Below are positions 1 to 35,400 of a stretch of 64,000 nt of DNA, piece after piece. The translations under genes and the position numbers were made by a program. Origin of the DNA: Pecten maximus. Its lineage: Eukaryota. The stretch spans positions 12,276,001-12,340,000 of the forward strand of contig NC_047015.1 of the NCBI RefSeq assembly GCF_902652985.1. The letters run 5' to 3'. The notes under the pieces are model-generated. The model saw only the letters and a list, made by a program, of their open reading frames with translations. It had not been told where the DNA came from and ran no database searches. Position 1 is the first letter of the stretch; every line of letters starts with the position of its first letter.

Positions 1-263
1 GCTTTCCACTGTGTGAACTGACCAAGTTTGGTTATAGTTGAAATGATACCTTTGAGCAACAGATTTAAATACAAAAACTGCAGAGTGAAATGTTTATAAC
101 GGCCCTTTCAGCATTGGCATCATCACTGGATAGGTAAAATCATAGACTTAAACTTACCTTGAGACTTTAAAAATTATCTTTTCACGCAGGAAAAATCATA
201 ATACAGAAATCTCAGTATGTAGGGTTTCTATTTCAAATTATACAAAAATTATACAAAACTCAC

Positions 264-3200
264 ATGTATTTTACTTAATTTCCTCTGCAGTTTATCCAGG
301 ACTTTATCAATAAAATACTGCTCATGCAGGAAGTCCCAAAATATTCTATTGATGAGTGCATTTAGCCAGAGTATGTTGAAATCACAATCAATGGGGCTAA
401 CATATTCTGGAGTCCCTCGCTTCACATGAGTTGGGGTTGACTGGGAGTCTTTCACCTCCTTAGGCATAACCCTGCCCATGAAGCGTATAAAGTCTTCTAA
501 GCTAGATTTACTAGACACAGGGATATCATCTGTTTCCTTAGTTGGGGAGGATGACCCTGACGACGTTGAATCAGTTGATTCCTGCCTTTTGTTCTGTTGT
601 ACACCTTCTGTGCTGTTGTTCCTGCTATGGCGCTGGGATTGGGATGATGACTTTTTAATGCACTTGCGTATGAGACCAAGATGGCTTGGGAGGGGCTTAG
701 CTGCTGCAGCTGCAGTAAAACGTTTGTACCAGTCTTCCTTCTCCCTACAAGTCCTCGCAAACAGGAACAGGATTCCATTCCCACAGGTTTGCTCTGTTAC
801 AATTTCAAATCCTAGCTCAGAGTCTGGAGTCTCAGCAAGCTTTTGCTCATTCACCATAGCATGGTGTTTTGGGTCAGTACTTGCTAGGGCTATGCAGATT
901 GGATATTTTTTGCTCCAAATACGTTTTTTCACCAGTCCTGGTGGCACCAAAAATACCTTGCTGCCCTCTAAGTTGTAATGTCTCTGATGAATGAACTGGG
1001 GTGTCGGAATTGGAGGTTCATCCCACATTGAACGCCTGGCAATGTTTGTTTTTGGCCGCCGCAGACGTAAAACTGAATTTTCTAGATCGACATAGATTGA
1101 ATGAGTTTGGTTGATGTGATACTTTTCTGGGTTGTAGCTTGGAATTTCATTCATCCATCCCTACAATAACAATATTTATAATACTACAATGGTGTATTGT
1201 ACCAGCATTTCAATTACATCATTTTATCATATGAGAGCTCTGTGCGTAATCACAATACCATTAATAGCATCTTAAGGCAATACATTTTGTACCAAGCCAG
1301 CTAGTCCAAGAATGCTGCATTACTTATCATATCTATGGGCATTTAAAACTATACAAGTCTGAAAATATCAAATACTGTTTTAAATCTTCAATTTACCACC
1401 ACATAATATTGACACCATTCTACAATAGATATCCTCAAGACAACAATAGTTAACAGATCAATCTCATGGGAGTCCATAATAGTGAATATATCAATACAAT
1501 TTCTTAACCTGTATATGATCCATATCAACATGGTCAAAGGCTTATATTCTGTAATAAATGCTCATTTGGAGCGAATCTGAGAATGAATTGTTTTAGAATG
1601 AGCCTAATACCAAGATAATTGATATTCAATCAACATTTGATAATAATTTAAATGTAAACAAATGTACATTCAACTACATATTCAAAAAATAAATGTTCAA
1701 TTTTATATCTTTTTTGCAACAGTGACCTTGACCATTGTGGACCTTTAGGCCTGGAAATTAAAGCTATATCCAATAAATGGACTTTCTTATAAGAAGCACT
1801 GAATGAAGTATGGTCAATTTCCACTTTTCCTGACCTACAAATGTAGGTCACATACAGAGAAATTCTGGGCTAAAATACAGGTACACGTACGCGTGACACC
1901 AGTGATTCCAAGAGTACCAAAATTGATCGTCATGGTCCATGGCATGGGCACACTGTGCATTGTGAATGGTATATATATATGTAGTCAATCAATACCATAA
2001 ACATTTTGTATATATATGAAATTAAGTAAAATTGACATTTTACACTACCCATCCATATATGTCTGTTGTTATTGTTATGTAAATTAATCATTTTGTGGTT
2101 TTTTTTTTATCTTTTTACTAATTCCTCTAATATTAAATATGCATTTAATGTGGAAAATATCTTTCAAATACGATCAAGAAAAATAAAAAAGTATTGAAAA
2201 AAATAACAAAATATGAAAAGATACATGTTGGTGATAAGCAGTGGTTCTAACATACATGTATCATGAGCTATGCAGTCTTACATATATATGGAAACGTGAA
2301 GTCTATGTTATTGGTTTAGTCAGTCTAGTTAATGCTTAATTAAAATATTATATCAACTACAGTTTTTCAATGTTTCGATACCAGCGCAATGGAAGACTAC
2401 TTTTAAATTATAAGAATAGGATTTTAGTTGTCTTTTGGTACATAGAATAAAATTAGACACTGTAAAATTTCTGATGCGCTCCATGTAAAAAATGATTTGA
2501 ATGTGGTTATGTGTGAAAAAAACTCAGAAGATCCTGATGATGCAACTATAGTAACACTGACCTTTTCATTTGACCTATGGGTCCCAAGCAAATACTTTCA
2601 TTGAGTAAGTACTGGAAACACCTCATAGCATATGGCCCAACAGAATATACATTGACTGGCAAATCATGAGTAGCATTTTTAAGCAAAATTTTGGTTAGGT
2701 TACCCTTTTGGGCTATGCCCCAAAAAATACCTGCCAACTTATTGGAATTCCCAAGGGTGAGAAGAGTACATTTACAGCAACATTTTCAATACATATAGAG
2801 CACAACAAATATATCAATATACCAGATATACAAAATATTTTTTTTGTTTACAAAAATATTTCTGAGAATACCTTAAATCAGAACTTACTAATTCAGCTGT
2901 CTTAATATTTTAGTTTTTAATAAACTTTTGATTACACATTGAAAACTAATTATAAAATACAGTCAATTAATGTAAATATCACAATGATATCACACTTTAG
3001 CAGAGTTAAGCTTCCTATATGGAAAGTTATATTCTATTCTTAATTAAGTTTTAAATATTTTCCCCTATTCTAAAACATAAAATGAAAAAGGACTGCATTT
3101 AGTAGGAAGGTAGGAAAGTTGGCAGGTATGGTCTGTTTCCAGTGGTCCCGCAACCATTGCACAATCATTGCGCGGGGAACACTATGCTTCAGACTCAATT

Positions 3201-4588
3201 TGGTTGAAATCCGCTCAGGGTTGATTGAACACTGAGGGGCAGCATTTTAAAGGGAAGATTTTCAAATGGTGCATGACAAAGGATGAAACACAATGGTTAT
3301 GAAAAAAAATGTGAACCTTATAAACTCCATCCTCTGTGACAACATCTTTCATTTCTGGAACGACCATTGGGGGGAGCTGGCTGACAGGTATTCTTTCGAT
3401 TGGAGGCTCCAGAGTAGGAGGTTTGTTTAACCACAAGTACACTGCCCATCCAGCAGAGGCAAGAAATATACCCATCAACAATCCTGATAGATATGATGGG
3501 AGAGGCAAGATCCAGTAGAGGAAAATGAAAATGCTCCCTGCTGTTAATTTCCTCACTGGAACAGCAGTCAAATCTGACATGTTCACATGTCCTGTTGTCA
3601 ATTTGGGTTTCTCATTACCAGACTGGAGATCTGGTTTCACAGAATTATTTGAAGTCAAATCCACATCTGATGCATCAAAAAATTCAGTTATACTTGATAC
3701 CTCAATATCCTGATCAATATCTTCAGAGTGATTTTTTGTCATCAACTTTGACATTGATACTGGTGTTCCTGTTGGAGAATTTGATGCCTTAGAACCTTTG
3801 CTTTTCATTATTTTCTTTGAACTGCTATTGTTACGCTGACGGAGTTCATTAGATTGCACAGTTGTATCTGATAAAACATCCTTTGGTTCTGTTGTGTAAA
3901 AGTCTTCAACTAACTGAAAATCTGAAGTATCAGCAGGCATTTCCTCTGGAGTCGGAGGTAGTCTACGTGACCTTACCAGTACCTTTTTGTCCGATTCATC
4001 CTTGATCTGTTCATCTGAATTACTGTTTTTCGCTGTTTCAATGATCAACTTTTCTTCACCACTATCTGATACTTGGATTTCTAATCGTTTCACATCGTGT
4101 TTAGAAAGTATGGCATTTTGATCAACCATCTCTTCTGCTTTTTGATCAGTATCTGCATCTACAGGAGAATTGATTTCTGCAGATAGCTCCTCCCATTTTT
4201 TGGCTAATTTATCTTTAAGTCCTGAAGATATGTCAACAAAATTTTGCTTTATCCTGGAAACATTACTTGAAGTTTTGTCATCATCTAATGACCTTGACCT
4301 TTGATTCAAACCAAGTGTTTTTGATTCATTCTGAGGAGTTGAACTTGTAGTTTTTACAGGTGTTGACTCTTTTGATTTATCACCCTTTGATGCATTTACA
4401 TCTGCCTTGTTCTTGTCCAACTTTTTCTCAAACTCTCCTGTTAAAACTGTTAAGTCCTCTTCATCTTCTTCATCTTCCTCTAATAGCTTGAAGCTTTTTT
4501 TGATGGAGTTATTTGATGCTGATCTTCTGGTTAAGCTCTTTGGAGCTGGCGGTCTCGGTGGAGGTACAGAATCTCGTTTCAGTGACAT
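264..4588 (-). CDS. TEX2: Testis-expressed protein 2 (ER membrane PH/SMP-domain lipid-transfer protein), 5' part; coding exons 4588-3317 and 1160-264, remainder outside window
   Basis: Long low-complexity N-terminus, then a hydrophobic hairpin (GSIFIFLYWILPLPSYLSGLLMGIFLASAGWAVYLWL). Phase-0 junction YK|GWMNEIPSYNPEKYH, the KKRIWSKKYPICI and LFLFARTCREKEDW motifs, and the SMP start WLNALINRIFWDFL are all characteristic of TEX2. Splice sites: AAG|GTTCAC at 3317, TGTAG| at 1160, CAT|GTGAGT at 264, upstream acceptor at 4624, first ATG at 4588. Confidence 0.92.
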
Positions 4589-6197
4589 ATTCTGGTGAAA
4601 AGTTTCTACTTCCAACTGGTAGTCCTACAAAAAAAATTAATTGATGAATTTAATCTGTGATATCAAATAAGAATGTTTTTATTTGCAAAAATTGGGTAAT
4701 GCATTGAAAACAATGATGTACAAAGTTACAGTACACTTTCCAATATCATACCTGTTGTTGATTTAAACCATGCAGTAGAGACTGCCAGGTTTACCGACAT
4801 TAAAGTCACATACTCCCAAAGAAATATATATAAATGATTACATTTTGACCTAATTGCAGTTTTTAGACTTAATATATACCTAACAAATTATCCCAAATCC
4901 AAAATTAGAAGAAAATGTGTATTTATGAAAGTTTACAGGAAATTCCCAAAAATAATAACTGGTACCGACGGACCAAGTTTCTGTGCAAATTAGTCCCATA
5001 ATTCAACGGGCAGGTCATCAATCAGTACAAAATGGTGGACCGCCGAAAATGTGGGCCTGCAAGAATGTAAAAAGGGACTGGAACCGGCAAAAGCCCAGGC
5101 TTTCCTTAGGAAAAGAATTGATTCGTTGGAACTCATCAAAAGAATAAAAAAGGAATAGACGCAAATTCTGATTTTGCCGGACGTGCATCGGATTGCTGGT
5201 TAGCTTGTTTCGTATTCCTCGAACATTGTCAGCTTCATCGATCTGAATTTTATCAATGTTTTGTTGTATCTGTAGTGCCATATTTCAAAATTAATTAGAT
5301 AGCTGTATGTTTGTTTATATTGATAAGTTATTATGAGAATATTTTGCTGATGTGATCAAATGAATGCATTATTAGGCAAGTTAATGTATACTCGATATGT
5401 AAACAACAGCCTGGCATGTGTGTAGTTTATGTGTAATGTACCTTGTTGTAGCCTCATTCTCGGCTCCATGACAAATCTTGCAATGAAAATAAATGCGACT
5501 ATTTTTTATATTTATATTATCTTTATATGTTTATGACGCAAGGATTAAAGCCCCTGGTCTAGCATCCAATCCAGTGGTCATTTTAATGTTAGGAGAGCGT
5601 GAATGAGGATCTTGGATTGCCATTCATATATGTGTGCAACTAGAATTATTTGGGAGTGTGCGGCTTTAACAGAACTTGTATCTCACAGCAAATACTTCCT
5701 TGATCACAAACAGGAAGAAAGTATTATAATAGAGTTTTGTTAATTATTTAATCTAAGGGCCAGTCACAATAAGTGAGGTCCACTTTCTTCAAATAACCAT
5801 GTTTCCCTGTTTGGCAGAGAAAAGAATTTTACACCTTTCATCCATGGATATTCGATGAATTTATCAAGATTTAATGTGTCACATTGCAGCATGGGACACA
5901 ACAGAAATGTGCCAACATCATGACAACGAGACAACAGCTTGCCTTCCTATTCTTGCCCTACTTCTGTTCGCGTGCTACTTTCCCAATAAAAGAGGGCTAA
6001 ATTTCAGGGGTGTAACTGCTGCGGTCATGATAGCTTTTCACCATATAAAATTGCCTTTTCCACAGTACAATAATGTTCTACTACTTGATAGAAATATAGT
6101 TAATCATTAGGATAAATCTATTTGAACAAATTACTGATGTAGACTGAAAGCCTCTATATATCCATATCTGAAACAATATCCATAAATCAAGTACATT

Positions 6198-6489
6198 CAG
6201 AGGTTAATCTAGCCCATTTTTACTACCGAAATAAGGTAGTATTCCCCACTGATGTTGTTTTCCCCAATGAATAAAAACAAATTCCCCATCAAGAAAAAAT
6301 GTCATAAAACAGGGGAAAATTCTCCAAAACAGGGGATCTCCCCCAAATTTTGATGAAATATGTAAGAATTATAGCAAATAATAGCTGTCAAATGTTAAAA
6401 TTTCAAGAATAATTCAAGACTCTATGGCCCCTTCATTTCCCCTAAATTTTATAATATGTAGTATTCCCCAAATCCTAGATTAGCCCCTG
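6198..6489. mobile_element. Small TIR element (MITE)
   Basis: Termini CAGAGGTTAATCTAG and CTAGATTAGCCCCTG are imperfect inverted repeats; ACATT flanks both ends. Confidence 0.5.
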
Positions 6490-7381
6490 ACATTATTAAA
6501 ATGTATTACACCTTCTGTTATCATAGGCTTATAAAACTTATGAGCTCTAAATTGAATATATCACATTGTATCTAATTCATCATGTATACATGTATGTCCA
6601 TACTATGAGTAAGTTGTGCACGAAGGATCCTCAGAAAATAGCTCTTGAGGCTAATGCTGTCTGCTTTCTTTTTTTTAATCATATAGGCCTAACCGACTTC
6701 AAATTTGTTTATCATGAACCATATAAAGTTTAATGTTATTTCAAGTAATCCTGGCTATATGTACATTTTGCTTCTGTTAGCCTTGATTGGAAATTAATTT
6801 GTTGTACTGTATGACAGTATCGTACAACACTGACAATCAAATGAATTAAAAACAACATCATCTCTTTTGGCACTACATCATGTAATGCTTAGATACCTAA
6901 AACGTCATTCTTCAATATAACCACATGCGACGGCCACTTTTATAGATAATTTAGAAACACAATACACAGTCATGATTTGATACACATTCATAAATTATGA
7001 AGTTCAACTTCAAGAGCAAATTAAATGTTACAATTGGTAATAATGTTTTTATCATACTGTAGCTGTATATTGTGAATGTATCCCTGTGAAAATGTACAAT
7101 GATGTATAAGAATCACATAAATGTAGCTATGACAATTGATTTGTAACATCAGTGAGCAACAGATGTGTCGTTGTGCTTCATCACACCAATGACAGCTGAG
7201 CGATAAGACACTTGTTGTTCGGACCACCTGTCAAACATACGCATTTAGAGTTTTGGGATGTTTCGGACAGTCATTACTTCATAAATAGCCAACACATTTA
7301 CACTATGAACATAATTGCCAAAAATTATGAATTGTTATTCATGTGGTGTATATAAATACACGAAATATTGTAAATTCTTAC

Positions 7382-7764
7382 CTCACATGCGACTTTCGCA
7401 CTTGCAGTCTGCTATTCACTTCCTGTTTATATTCCATTACGCAGCAAATGATTTTTAACCAATCGCCGAATAATACGTAATTTTTTGTCGACAATAATAA
7501 ATAAAATAGGACACTATTCTATATTTTATTTGATGCAGTTTCTTCAATTAATTTAAGTTCTTAAAATTTATATGAAAACTGTTTTTTATTCGTTGAAATA
7601 AAGATTGTAAATAATAATTTTTACCGACGTGTTTTCATTTTTCCAGGAGTGCGGAACTTTCACGCCAACAACAATCCGACCACGAAATATTGAGAAATGA
7701 ATGTTTGCATGTGCAGCTTTTTGGTACATGATCGAATAACAGATAATCAATCTGTGCCCTAATT
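7382..7764. promoter_or_regulatory. Probable bidirectional promoter for TEX2 and IRE1, including a putative non-coding TEX2 exon 1
   Basis: Minus-strand donor GAG|GTAAGA at 7382/7381, Ets-type CACTTCCTG near 7417, CCAAT at 7459, locally raised CpG content, IRE1 ATG at 7765. Confidence 0.55.
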
Positions 7765-28623
<20,859 letters not shown>

Positions 28624-29630
28624 CAGTGTGTTTATCAAAATGTGTGGTGCTATCAGTGCAATATGTTTTTATTTTCTACAATTTTAATGAGACATTTAGT
28701 CGGGACTACATCTTAATGATACTTTTGTGCAGTGAATGTGTTAAATCAAAGAAACATACTGTTGACATCTATTACTTATATATGCCATTTTACTCTCTGT
28801 TTTGCTTTATTGTAAGATTTTTATTTTTTGATGAGTAATACTAGTGAAGTAAACATTTTCCTTCAGTACAAGACAAATCAGACACTTTGACTCGGATAAC
28901 TTGAATACAAGACATTTTTTTTACTTTCAATTTTTGGCAAGAATAATCTTGTACATTCACACTATAGATATTTCTAAATACACTTAGTGTAAATAGAATA
29001 TTTTCTAATAGAACCGCAAAATGTTGCTATCTCTCAGACATGTACAGATTCCATTACTTTATTGACATCTCCCAAAGACACAGCTCCCACATACAGAATT
29101 CATTACTGATGTCTCACAAAGATGTAGATTCCATTGTTTCATTGACATCCGTTAGAGACTCTGTTTCATTTACTGACATTTGTTTGATTCATCCAGAAAT
29201 ATTCTAATTTCTGAAATGACAGAATTTTAAGCCAAAAACATTGTTCTACTGCACATGCCACCTATTATTAATATGTGGTATGAATTCTCTGTCTCACTTG
29301 TCATAATGCTGTGCTGTTTTTTATTTTGTTACTTTTTAATTATCATCCAATCATTTTATTATAATTAGAAGTATTATAGAAATAAGGAGAATGTGTGTGA
29401 GAGAACTATTTATGTTAGTTGTTTTTGATGGATATGTGGATAATGGATACTTCTCTTGTGATTCAGTTGTTTTATGTTAAGTAGGTCAAGTAATATACAG
29501 TTGGTTTTACTGAAGCTTCAAAAGTTTCATATCTTAAACCTTTGCTGATCCCTAACTGATATAAGGGGGAAAAAATGCTTAGTTATTAAGTTATAAGTAC
29601 ATGGCTTTGTACACTACTAGTGAGGTAATT

Positions 29631-30617
29631 TTTTATTAGCCCACCATCATCTGATGGTGGGCTATTCAAATCGGCTTGCGTCTGTGGTCCGTCCGTCCGT
29701 CCGTAAACAATTTTTGTTATCGCTATTTCTGAGAAAGTACTGAAGGGATCTTTCACAAATTTCATTTGCCGGTTTCCCTTGCTCTGTAGTTATGCATATT
29801 GCATTTTGGGACCGATCGGAAAACAACATGGCCGACAGGCAGCCATCTTGGATTTTGACAGTTGAATTTTCTTAGCTCTATTTCTCAGAAAGTGCTGAAT
29901 GGATCTTTCTCAAATTTCATATGTAGGTTCCTCTTGGTCCCTAGTTTTGAATATTGCATTTTGGGACCAATCAAGAAACAACATGGCCAACAGGCAGCCA
30001 TCTTGTATTTTAACAATTGAAGTTTGTTATCGCTATTTCTCAGAAAGAACAGAAGGGATCTTTCTGAAATTCCATATGTAGGTACCCCTTGGTCAATAGT
30101 TATGTATATTGCATTTTGGGACCAGTCGGATAAAAACATGGCCGACAGACAGCCATCTTGGATTTTGACAATTGAAGTTTGTTATCGCTATTTCTCAGAA
30201 AGTACTGAAGGGGTCTTTCTGAATCTGTAATGTAGGTACCCCTTGGTCCCTAGTTATACATATTGCATTTTGGAACCACTCTGAAAACAACATGGCTGAC
30301 AGGAAGCCATCTTGGATTTTGACGATTGAAGTTTGTTATCGATAAGGAATCTTTCTCAAATTTCATATGCAGGTTCCCCTTGGTTTGCCGTATTGCATTT
30401 TGGGACCAATCTGAAACAACATTGTCGACAGACAGCCATTATCACTAAATCTCAAATTTCATATATAAGTCGGCTTGTTTGAAAAGTACTGGAGGGATGT
30501 TTCTCAGTTTACACAGATTAGTAAGAGGAAGGGAAAAATAGAGAGAAAATCAATCTGACATGGCACCTATAAAGATCATTCAATGGTGGGTGGCAAGATC
30601 CCTCTGGGATCTCTTGT
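29631..30617 (+). mobile_element. Helentron-type non-autonomous element (HINE) with internal 155-bp tandem repeats
   Basis: T-run then palindromic TAGCCCACCATCA..TGATGGTGGGCTA, (GTCC)n, about 4.5 copies of a 155-bp core, 3' ATGGTGGG and terminal hairpin AGATCCCTCTGGGATCT. Confidence 0.72.
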
Positions 30618-32459
30618 CATATTGAGGGATACATGTAAAATTGACATTGGGTAGGCATTATATTGGGGGATAATTATAAAAATGACACCAATGATATACA
30701 TGTATGTAATTGACATGGAGTAGGCGTTAAATTAGGGATAATTATTAAAATTAACCCCAGACTCCTCCCTTGACTTCAGCCAATAGAAAGCTAAATCTGT
30801 TTTAGTATACATCTCATTATCTCTTGCAATTTGTTATGAATGGCTATGCCACTCTTTTCGATAAACTTTTAGTTGGTGCAATATAAACTGGCTGATCATG
30901 ATTGTCCTGTATTTATCGGGACTTAGATATTACATGTAATGATAATATACATTGTACATATTATATGTAATTATAATATACATTGTATGATATGTTATTA
31001 ATATATAAATATTTTTGCTATTTTCATAAAAACAGCAAATTGAAATTATTAATGACCAAAAATGATTATGAATAACTCTGCTGTATATATATGAATGTTA
31101 TACATATTTTGCTATGTTAAGTATGTGTTTGTTGTACGATGTCTAACATTCCCCTACTGTGATAGACTTACAGGCCTTGTATGGAGATCAAAAGGGGCCT
31201 AATCCTTAAGGAACTATTGTCCTTGTCTTATAATCTTTATGTCTGTGTTTGATGTTTTGATGGCTCCAGTGTCATTTGGTAGTATTTCTAGTTTTTGAAT
31301 TTTATTAACGAGGATGGTCTGTATGTTTAATATTTGGCAGATACTGACCTTGGGATAGAGAGTATGTTGATGTGGGAGAGTTTTGATCGTATAAATGTAG
31401 GTGGAGTTATGAGATGGTTAATATCTAACACAGTCTCGTACATGACAGTTTGTCAGACCTCAACCAAAGAATTGGTCCTAACATAATATACCTGATGTTC
31501 TTTTGGCTTTAGCAGCTTCAAAATTAGGGTTGATCTTTAGAGAATCATTTCAATTGCACAAGTGAGCACACCATACATATCTGGTGTGTTGCATGTGTAT
31601 CAGTTTAAGACCAAGACAAAAGTAATAATGACTGAATGTTTGATTAGCAGGTCAAATTCAAAATCTGTCTAAATCAACAATATACCTTTTGTTCATCATC
31701 TTCATTGTTAGATACAAATGTACCTGAATGAAACTTCACATACATTAATGTCAAGGCATGTGTGCTGTATGTCAGGACTGGCCTTTTTGTCCAAGGTTGT
31801 ATTTTGATGAACGTGTTACCAAGTTATTTAAAATCTGAATATTTTCTTGTTTTTTTCAGTGAGGAGTGACATCCAAGGCATTTTCATGTAACTCAGAAAT
31901 TCAAACACATAATCATGACTTTACATGAATGCTTATCTTAAACTATGACAGATTTTGTTAGCCTTACTTATTTCTGTTTTAACTTGTCTCTAAACACTGT
32001 ATAAACAGCACCAACACAACAGTTTAGGGACGGGGTTGCACCTGATGCATGTTACATCCCAAGTAAGTTTGAATTTGAGTCTATATCATGTTAGTTTTTG
32101 AGAGCATGGAATGGAATAAAAGCAAATTAAATATGGCATTATTTGATCCCTTTTTTTTTTTATTTTCTTCTTTTTTTCTTCAACATTCTTGTTTTCAATT
32201 AATTTTTTTATGACCAGAATTTCCTTACTTTGTACAAAGGTATCTTAAAAAAATATTTTAAATTACTTGCTAATACAAATAAACTGTTTTACAATATACA
32301 TGTACAATGCATTTGCTAATATAAATCATTCCATTTGTAAATGTTTCATTTTCAGGCATCAAATAAATTCAAAATAAATCAATTATTGTTGGTTATTTAG
32401 CTCACATGGTAAAGAGGAAATAGTTCAAGGCATAAAAAAAAATGTCTCCTGTTTGAGAA

Positions 32460-35400
32460 GATTCAGAGGTCATGGTATTTGTCTAACAGGTACCCAAGAT
32501 AAAGGACAGAAGTCATGGTATTTGTCCAACAGGAACCAGAGATAAAGGACCAAGGTCATGTATGTCAAACAGGTACCCGAGATTAAGGACCAAGGTCATG
32601 TTTGTCCAACAGGTACCCGAGATAAAGGACCAAGGTCATGTTTGTCCAACAGGTACCAGAGATAAAGGACCAAGGTCATGTTTGTCCAACAGGTACCCGA
32701 GATAAAGGACCAAGGTCATGTTTGTCCAACAGGTACCAGAGATAAAGGACCAAGGTCATGTTTGTCCAACAGGTACCTGAGATAAAGGACCAAGGTCATA
32801 GTATTTGTCCAACAGGTACCCGGGATAAAGGACAGAAGTCATGGTATTTGTCCAACAGGTACCCAAGATAAAGGACCAAGGTCATGGTATTTGTCCAACA
32901 GGTACCCGAGATAAAGGACCAAGGTCATGGTATTTGTCCAACAGGTATCTGAGATAAAGGACCAAGGTCATGTTTGTCCAACAGGTACCCGAGATAAAGA
33001 ACCAAGGTCATGTTTGTCCAACAGGTACCCGATTTAAAGGACCAAGGTCATGTTTGTCCAACAGGTACCCGAGATAAAGAACCAAGGTCATGGTATTTGT
33101 CCAACAGGTACCCGATTTAAAGGACCAAGGTCATGTTTGTCCAACAGGTACCCGAGATAAAGAACCAAGGTCATGGTATTTGTCCAACAGGTACCCGAGA
33201 TAAAGGACCAAGGTCATGGTATTTGTCCAACAGGTATCTGAGATAAAGGACCAAGGTCATGTTTGTCCAACAGGTACCCGAGATAAAGAACCAAGGTCAT
33301 GTTTGTCCAACAGGTACCTGAGATAAAGGACAGAAGTCATGGTATTTGTCCAACAGATACCGAGATAAAGGACCAAGGTCATGGTATTTGTCCAACAGGT
33401 ACCCAAGATAAAGGACCAAGGTCATGATATTTGTCCAATAGCTACCAGAGATAAAGGACCAAGGTCATGGTATTTGTCAAACCGGTACCCGAGATAAAGG
33501 ACCAAGGTCATAGTATTTGTCCAACAGGTACCCGGGATAAAGGACAGAAGTCATGGTATTTGTCCAACAGGTACCCAAGATAAAGGACCAAGGTCATGAT
33601 ATTTGTCCAATAGCTACCAGAGATAAAGGACCAAGGTCATGGTATTTGTCAAACCGGTACCCGAGATAAAGGACCAAGGTCATAGTATTTGTCCAACAGG
33701 TACCCGAGATAAAGGACAGAAGTCAAGGTATTTGTCCAATAGGAACCAGAGATAAAGGACAGAAGTCATGGTATTTGTACAACAGGTACCCGATTTAAAG
33801 GACCAAGGTCATGTTTGTCCAACAGGTACCCGAGATAAAGAACCAAGGTCATGGTATTTGTCCAACAGGTACCCGATTTAAAGGACCAAAGTCATGTTTG
33901 TCCAACAGGTACCCGAGATAAAGAAGCAAGGTCATGGTATTTGTCAAACCGGTACCCGAGATAAAGGACCAAGGTCATGGTATTTGTCCAACAGGTATCT
34001 GAGATAAAGGACCAAGGTCATGTTTGTCCAACAGGTACCCGAGATAAAGAACCAAGGTCATGGTATTTGTCCAACAGGTACCCGAGATAAAGGACCAAGG
34101 TCATGTTTGTCCAAAAGGTACCTGAGATAAAGGACAGAAGTCATGGTATTTGTCCAACAGATACAGAGATAAAGGACCAAGGTCATGTTATTTGTCCAAC
34201 AGGTACCGGAGATAAAGAACCAAGGTCATGTTTGTCCAACAGGTACCCGAGATAAAGGACAGAAGTCATGGTATTTGTCCAACAGGTACTCGAGATAAAG
34301 GACCAAGGTCATGGTATTTGTCGAACAGGTATCAGAAATAAAGAACCAAGGTCATGGTATTGGTCCAACAGGTACCCTATTTAAAGGACCAAGGTCATGT
34401 TTGTCCAACAGGTACCCGAGATAAAGAACCAAGGTCATGTTTGTCCAACAGGTACCCGAGATAAAGGACAGAAGTAATGGTATTTGTCCAACAGGTACTC
34501 GAGATAAAGGATCTAGGTCATGGTATTTGTCCAACAGGTACCCGAGATAAAGGACCAAGGTCATGGTATTTGTCCAACAGGTAGCCAAGATAAAGGACCA
34601 AGGTCATGGTATTTGTCCAACAGGTACCCGAGATAAAGGACCAAGGTCAAAGTATTTGTCCAATAGCTACCAGAGATAAAGGACCAAGGTCATGTTTGTC
34701 CAACAGGTACCCGAGATAAAGGACCAAGGTCATGTTTGTCCAACAGGTACCTGAGATAAAGGACAGAAGTCATGGTATTTGTCCAACAGGTACTCGAGAT
34801 AAAGAACCAAGGTCATGGTATTTGTCCAACAGGTACCCAAGATAAAGGACCAAGGTCATGGTATTTGTCCAACAGGTACCCGAGATAAAGGACCAAGGTC
34901 ATGGTATTTGTCCAACAGGTATCTGAGATAAAGGACCAAGGTCATGTTTGTCCAACAGGTACCCGAGATAAAGAACCAAGGTCATGTTTGTCCAACAGGT
35001 ACCCGATTTAAAGGACCAAGGTCATGTTTGTCCAACAGGTACCCGAGATAAAGAACCAAGGTCATGGTATTTGTCCAACAGGTACCCGATTTAAAGGACC
35101 AAGGTCATGTTTGTCCAACAGGTACCCGAGATAAAGAACCAAGGTCATGGTATTTGTCCAACAGGTACCCGAGATAAAGGACCAAGGTCATGGTATTTGT
35201 CCAACAGGTATCTGAGATAAAGGACCAAGGTCATGTTTGTCCAACAGGTACCCGAGATAAAGAACCAAGGTCATGTTTGTCCAACAGGTACCTGAGATAA
35301 AGGACAGAAGTCATGGTATTTGTCCAACAGATACCGAGATAAAGGACCAAGGTCATGGTATTTGTCCAACAGGTACCCAAGATAAAGGACCAAGGTCATG

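Noticed and set aside
695-725. CUGCAG motifs in TEX2 mRNA (and IRE1 exon 9) as IRE1/RIDD cleavage sites
   Set aside because: No convincing stem closes a 7-nt loop; in TEX2 the motif is explained by Ala codons.
478-978. 166-aa plus-strand ORF and the short ORFs at 3336-3792, 4407-4598 and 45752-46012
   Set aside because: Antisense shadows of TEX2 or ASB coding exons.
4773-5430. Possible TIR element containing the 87-aa ORF at 5018-5281
   Set aside because: Terminal similarity (TGCCAGG / CCTGGCA) is too short and no TSD or transposase motif is visible.
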